Virus record (IMG/VR): IMGVR_UViG_3300038393_000577
Location: 1-48,215 of that record
DNA: 48,215 nt
Strand: one strand, 5' to 3'
From: a virus
Taxonomy: Duplodnaviria; Caudoviricetes
Shown: piece by piece, positions 44,465-48,215 of the stretch
How the letters are laid out: each line of letters starts with the position of its first letter
Numbering within the stretch: the stretch's first letter is position 1
The notes under the pieces: model-generated
Databases searched by the model: none
What the model was told of the DNA's origin: nothing
What the model saw: only the letters and a program-made list of their open reading frames with translations
Translations under genes and position numbers: made by a program

Positions 44465-44780
44465 CCCTTTGTAATTGATACATTAATAAAAAATCCCTGG
44501 CAAGTATTTCTTTTGGAAGGGACTTGTTCCAATCCTCATCCCACGGCAGGTAAAGGCAGCCGGGAGTAGGGCGGCTTGCGGTAGGCTCGTGCTTCTCGCA
44601 GGGGAGATGCTCGACAAATGTCTCCTGGCCTTCCACCGGAGCGAGTGCCCAAGTTTCTGAGCAAATCGGGCAGAAGAATGCCTTGCCTGTGGAGATATGT
44701 ACCTCGTTAAAGACGTGAGCGAGATGCGCCGGGGCTTGGCCGAGATACTGATCCCGAATGAAAAAGTGTCTAGTTGCCAT
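44451..44780 (-). CDS. Zinc-finger hypothetical protein
   Basis: FCPICSETW...CEKH; ATG 44780 overlaps the upstream stop region. Confidence 0.7.
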   Translation of the reverse strand: MATRHFFIRDQYLGQAPAHLAHVFNEVHISTGKAFFCPICSETWALAPVEGQETFVEHLPCEKHEPTASRPTPGCLYLPWDEDWNKSLPKEILARDFLLMYQLQRVDHD

Positions 44781-45804
44781 CGACAGGCTTCTCATCTTTC
44801 GCACCATTAGGAGCCTCTGGATCTTTGGCAAGAGGATTCCAATGCTTATTCTTATAGTCAGTAGGAATCCATGCCTCAGGGTTAGGACTAGAGCATAGGC
44901 GGAGAAACTCGCAGCCGCCGTAAGCAGCACAAGCAGTGCCCAAAGCATAGTCAAAGTTAGCCGCATCTTGCGTATCCCTCCATATTTCCCACTTCATCAC
45001 CATTCGATTTACGTCCTTGATCAGTTGCTCCAGCCAACGTTCGATCTGCCACTTAGGGCGGTAGATGATAGCCTCAGCATTCTCGAAAGACTTGGAAAGG
45101 ATGGACTGGCCCCGGATGATTGCCCCGACGACTGGCATTCCCACGACTGAAGCTGCCCAACAGTAACCAGTGAATTGGCTGTTGAGAGTCCACTGCTTCA
45201 TCCAGCTAGGGCCTAGGCGGGAGGTCGTTTTATCATCCTCGACGAACGGGGCGTTCTGGAACTCCGCGAACATGTCGAAGCGACCTCCGTAGAGAATCGG
45301 GTTCCCGGTGACTGGGTGAACTGTGTCGGGGATAGGCACGGCGAAAGTGAACTCAATTGCGTGCTTGCCAGAGGAGAGCTTCAGCGGGCGGATGTGATCC
45401 TTGGATAGGGGTCTGGTCTCTGCGTAGTGGACTAGGGCTAGGAGCAGATTATCGAAGCTCTTCACGCTGTCCTCGGGAGGCTGGTAATCGCCCCAGTACT
45501 TGATAGCCGCGATCAGTCCTTCGTCGAGAGCCTCTTGTTCTGTAATCTGACTGTCGTAGAAGCTCTTACGCATTACCTCCAGCCCGGCGGCGAAGGCTCC
45601 CCCGAAGTGCAGATGGGGGGAGGTATGCCTCGGGCCAAGCTTCTGAATCGTGCTGCGGAAAAATTTCTGCGGGCAGACGAAGAACTGCTCCCGAGCCGTA
45701 TTGTCGATCAGAGTCGGGAACTCCGAGTGGAGGACGACTGGCTCCTGCTGCGGGAGATAGGGGGCGGAGCCATCATCGTTCAGGATGGAAAGGTCGAAGC
45801 TCAT
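44770..45804 (-). CDS. PD-(D/E)xK exonuclease (RecB/Cas4-like)
   Basis: CPQKF, HFGGAF, GRFD, DDKT, QFTGY, C...GGCEFLRLC. Confidence 0.85.
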   Translation of the reverse strand: MSFDLSILNDDGSAPYLPQQEPVVLHSEFPTLIDNTAREQFFVCPQKFFRSTIQKLGPRHTSPHLHFGGAFAAGLEVMRKSFYDSQITEQEALDEGLIAAIKYWGDYQPPEDSVKSFDNLLLALVHYAETRPLSKDHIRPLKLSSGKHAIEFTFAVPIPDTVHPVTGNPILYGGRFDMFAEFQNAPFVEDDKTTSRLGPSWMKQWTLNSQFTGYCWAASVVGMPVVGAIIRGQSILSKSFENAEAIIYRPKWQIERWLEQLIKDVNRMVMKWEIWRDTQDAANFDYALGTACAAYGGCEFLRLCSSPNPEAWIPTDYKNKHWNPLAKDPEAPNGAKDEKPVDGN

Positions 45805-46028
45805 ATTCCATGACTCCTACAGAGGTCGTCTTCCGTATCCCGGAGAGTGTCTGCCCCAGTATTCCACCGGTGCAGAGTGACTCTCTGCTGATACGCGGCG
45901 TGAGCAAGCTCGGCGATCTCCACAGCATTTCCAACGATAGCACTATTTGACATGTCTCCGTTAGTGGAGAGTCCGGTGATTGCTGCGTTCATAGCGTCAG
46001 CCCACACACGAAAGTCCATGGTGCTCAT
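45801..46028 (-). CDS. Hypothetical protein, paralog of 46025..46219
   Basis: W...A..GLS.N...S..I...A..IA..AH..Y shared pattern. Confidence 0.75.
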   Translation of the reverse strand: MSTMDFRVWADAMNAAITGLSTNGDMSNSAIVGNAVEIAELAHAAYQQRVTLHRWNTGADTLRDTEDDLCRSHGI

Positions 46029-46219
46029 TTTTTCTCCTCCTCAGGTTGAACTTCAGGCAACTTGTACGTCTCATCCATCTTTTGAAGATAGATTTCGTGA
46101 GCTGCGTCAGCGATATCCCTTGCCTCAATCGCAATAGTCCGAGATGAAAGAGACAGATTTTGTGACAGTCCCGCAACAGCGACTACGAATAACTGATCCC
46201 AAATGGCTGGAAATCTCAT
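46025..46219 (-). CDS. Hypothetical protein, paralog of 45801..46028
   Basis: Same pattern; ATGA coupling. Confidence 0.75.
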   Translation of the reverse strand: MRFPAIWDQLFVVAVAGLSQNLSLSSRTIAIEARDIADAAHEIYLQKMDETYKLPEVQPEEEKK

Positions 46220-46434
46220 TTCTTCTCCTCCTGTACTTGAGCTACAATGCTCATGAAGTCGTCGTCCAGCTCATCATCACTCATTCCCTTGGTGGCTTGG
46301 CGCTTGGCAGTCGTGTTAGTGGCTACAGCCACACGCTCGCCCCTGAGGGCTGCAATAGCCTCCCGGAGCTCTTCGCGCGTATAGCTGCCGCCAGCCAGTA
46401 TCCGCTTTCTGAGATCGTCGATATTCAGGGCCAT
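46216..46434 (-). CDS. Hypothetical protein with acidic C-terminal region
   Basis: GGAGG SD; coupled. Confidence 0.8.
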   Translation of the reverse strand: MALNIDDLRKRILAGGSYTREELREAIAALRGERVAVATNTTAKRQATKGMSDDELDDDFMSIVAQVQEEKK

Positions 46435-46685
46435 TATACTTCCTCCCTTACGTGTTTCCAGTTTTCTTGAGAAACAGCATGGATTACTCGCTCCATACTA
46501 GTCGGATGTTCCCACTCCACTCGATCTATGACAAGATCCCCGGACATGCTCCAGCCGATACAAGAAGCTGGAACCCATTTACGGGTATTATCTTTATAAG
46601 TAATAAGTACCTGCACGGAATCCCCAAGACGTAGCCCATGAGCTTCCCAAAGGGCGTTAGCAGTTACCTCGTGAAGATTGGCCAT
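46434..46685 (-). CDS. Hypothetical protein
   Basis: AGGAGG SD; TAATG coupling. Confidence 0.75.
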   Translation of the reverse strand: MANLHEVTANALWEAHGLRLGDSVQVLITYKDNTRKWVPASCIGWSMSGDLVIDRVEWEHPTSMERVIHAVSQENWKHVREEV

Positions 46686-46933
46686 TATGCGACCTCCTTT
46701 TTCGCTTGTTGCTTAGCCTGAAGTTCCTTGAGTCTGGAAGGAGACACGACCCGAATCTCATCGTAGGCGAGCATAGGTTCCCCTTCTCCATCGAGTTCAT
46801 AATTCATATCCTCCAGTTGCCCGAGACCTGCCTCGACAGCATCAAGGGCACTCAAAGCCTTCACGCGGAAAGTATCCACCCACTTGCCATGCTCCCAGAA
46901 TTCAATCATGTAGTCTTCTATGATACTGTCCAT
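46685..46933 (-). CDS. Hypothetical protein
   Basis: AAGGAG SD; first gene after a promoter. Confidence 0.75.
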   Translation of the reverse strand: MDSIIEDYMIEFWEHGKWVDTFRVKALSALDAVEAGLGQLEDMNYELDGEGEPMLAYDEIRVVSPSRLKELQAKQQAKKEVA

Positions 46934-46992
46934 CTTTCTTCTCCTTCAGTTTGTTATGAAAAGTTACTGCGATCTGCTACCGTAATGAAACC

Positions 46993-47021
46993 ATTGTATC
47001 AGCTTATTCGGCCTCTCGCAA
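46993..47021 (-). promoter_or_regulatory. Sigma70-type promoter for the replication operon
   Basis: TTGCGA-N17-TACAAT with extended -10 TGn. Confidence 0.7.
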
Positions 47022-47030
47022 GCCCTAAAA

Positions 47031-47474
47031 TCACAGGCCGTTTATGTATGCAGCATAGTGGGTAAGCTCAGCAGACTTTCTAAGGCATACTGCCTCAAAG
47101 AAGTCTTTTCTCGTACCAAGATGCTTTCTCTTACCATTTGGCAGTGATATTGTAGCTTGCCAAAGGCTCTCCGCTATTACCCAACGAACTCCTACCACAC
47201 CGCTAGTATTATTGCTAGGCCTATTCCGATTATAGCCATTGCTACTCTTCGGAATACAACGCAGATTTTCTCGCCTATCGTCAAGTCTATTCCTATTGAT
47301 GTGATCTACTATAAGGCCATTTTTCGGTTTAGCTATAAGCCTGTGCAATAGTCCTAGCTTACATACGGCATAGCCGTTTGAAATCCAGATATGGAATTGC
47401 CTGAAATATTCCTCATCTTCAGGGTCAAGCAATAAGCCCTCCGGATAGTTATTTTTAAAGAGTCTTCCCGTCAT
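47031..47474 (-). CDS. HNH homing endonuclease with an AP2-like DNA-binding domain
   Basis: LHRLI, VDHINRNRLDDRRENLR, NNTSGVVGV.W, HLG. Confidence 0.9.
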   Translation of the reverse strand: MTGRLFKNNYPEGLLLDPEDEEYFRQFHIWISNGYAVCKLGLLHRLIAKPKNGLIVDHINRNRLDDRRENLRCIPKSSNGYNRNRPSNNTSGVVGVRWVIAESLWQATISLPNGKRKHLGTRKDFFEAVCLRKSAELTHYAAYINGL

Positions 47475-47695
47475 TGCTCTCCCTCTTTCAAGCATTTGTC
47501 CGCGATCTCGGGGAAATTTTTCTGCAGGTACTCGCGGATAGCTTCTTCCACATAATGGTTCCTGTTGCCGTAAGTTCTCCGGGCAAGAAAGGGATCATAG
47601 TCGATCAGCTCGAGAGCCTGGATAACTTGATCGGACAGGTAAAAGGTAACGCGCTTCCGCGGGTTGACTGCTTTTGGGCGGCCAGTTCGTGCCAT
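47471..47695 (-). CDS. Ribbon-helix-helix DNA-binding protein
   Basis: GRPK, RVTFYLS...VEEAIREYL. Confidence 0.75.
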   Translation of the reverse strand: MARTGRPKAVNPRKRVTFYLSDQVIQALELIDYDPFLARRTYGNRNHYVEEAIREYLQKNFPEIADKCLKEGEQ

Positions 47696-47704
47696 GAGGG
47701 GCTC

Positions 47705-48215
47705 CTATGAAAAGAGGGCTAGTTGGAAATTGTCCACATCTACGGATTGGAGGTGCAGGTCGAAGCGGATGCAGGACGGGCACTCCTCGACGTAGGTAGT
47801 TGTGGTGTTGACGATTTGCGGGAGACGGGAGTGGGCGGAGTCTGCGGGGAGGGAACAGTCCCAGAGATAGCCCTTGGTCTTGTGCTTGTGCCTTATTAAA
47901 ATATTCCCGAGGAACTCCTGCTCCCCCTGGCAACACTTGCAGATCTGGGTGACGAGGTGAGCTACCCGCGCGACTGGCTTCCAGGGGGAGGTCTCGCCCA
48001 TCAGCATGGAGATGCGATTCGCTTCTTTTCCCTCAGACACCTGGACGACTGATGGAAGAGGATTCTTGGATTTTGCACTCCTGACGGCTAGGCCGAGGGC
48101 GGGCTTCTCCTTTTTCTTCTTGCCGAATTCGGAGTCGATCTCCATGAAAAGGGCTTCCGCGGCCTTGCGCAAGCGCTCCTTTTCTTCCGGGGATTGCTCA
48201 GGCTTCTTATTGGCG
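47705..48215 (-). CDS. Zinc-ribbon protein with C-terminal QLALF (true start at 176, across the junction)
   Basis: CKCC and CPSC motifs; the frame stays open through the terminal repeat. Confidence 0.85.
   Translation of the reverse strand, partial: ANKKPEQSPEEKERLRKAAEALFMEIDSEFGKKKKEKPALGLAVRSAKSKNPLPSVVQVSEGKEANRISMLMGETSPWKPVARVAHLVTQICKCCQGEQEFLGNILIRHKHKTKGYLWDCSLPADSAHSRLPQIVNTTTTYVEECPSCIRFDLHLQSVDVDNFQLALFS
48057..48215. repeat. Terminal direct repeat, right copy
   Basis: Matches 1-159 with one mismatch. Confidence 0.95.

Noticed and set aside
44770-45804. Cas4 as part of a CRISPR-Cas system
   Set aside because: No cas1, cas2 or array; the context with AAA ATPase and SSB indicates a phage recombination exonuclease

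Overview
The window looks like a complete, circularly permuted genome of about 48.06 kb from a podovirus-like dsDNA phage. Bases 1-159 repeat 48057-48215 with one mismatch, and one gene runs across the junction. Spanins, a GH24 endolysin and sigma70-type promoters point to a Gram-negative host. The + strand (10372-36269) carries packaging, head, carbohydrate-active, tail, lysis and ejection genes. The - strand carries a replication and nucleotide-metabolism block (UDG-like domain fused to a family A polymerase, ParB-methyltransferase, MazG-like and DUF5664-like nucleotide hydrolases, SSB, AAA ATPase, exonuclease, HNH) plus many small early genes. I recognised no integrase, RNA polymerase, primase, tRNA or CRISPR array. 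The most striking unexplained signals are: (1) five copies of an intercistronic two-hairpin/pseudoknot RNA module with compensatory base changes, each just before a ribosome-binding site; (2) four dispersed copies of a 31-bp palindrome, in a genome that encodes a Spo0J-like ParB fused to a methyltransferase; (3) a large inverted repeat around an AT-rich core at 7.4-7.8 kb; (4) a C-terminal IDLELE motif shared by three proteins; (5) a polymerase with non-canonical active-site residues. All family calls are from motif recognition by eye, not database searches.
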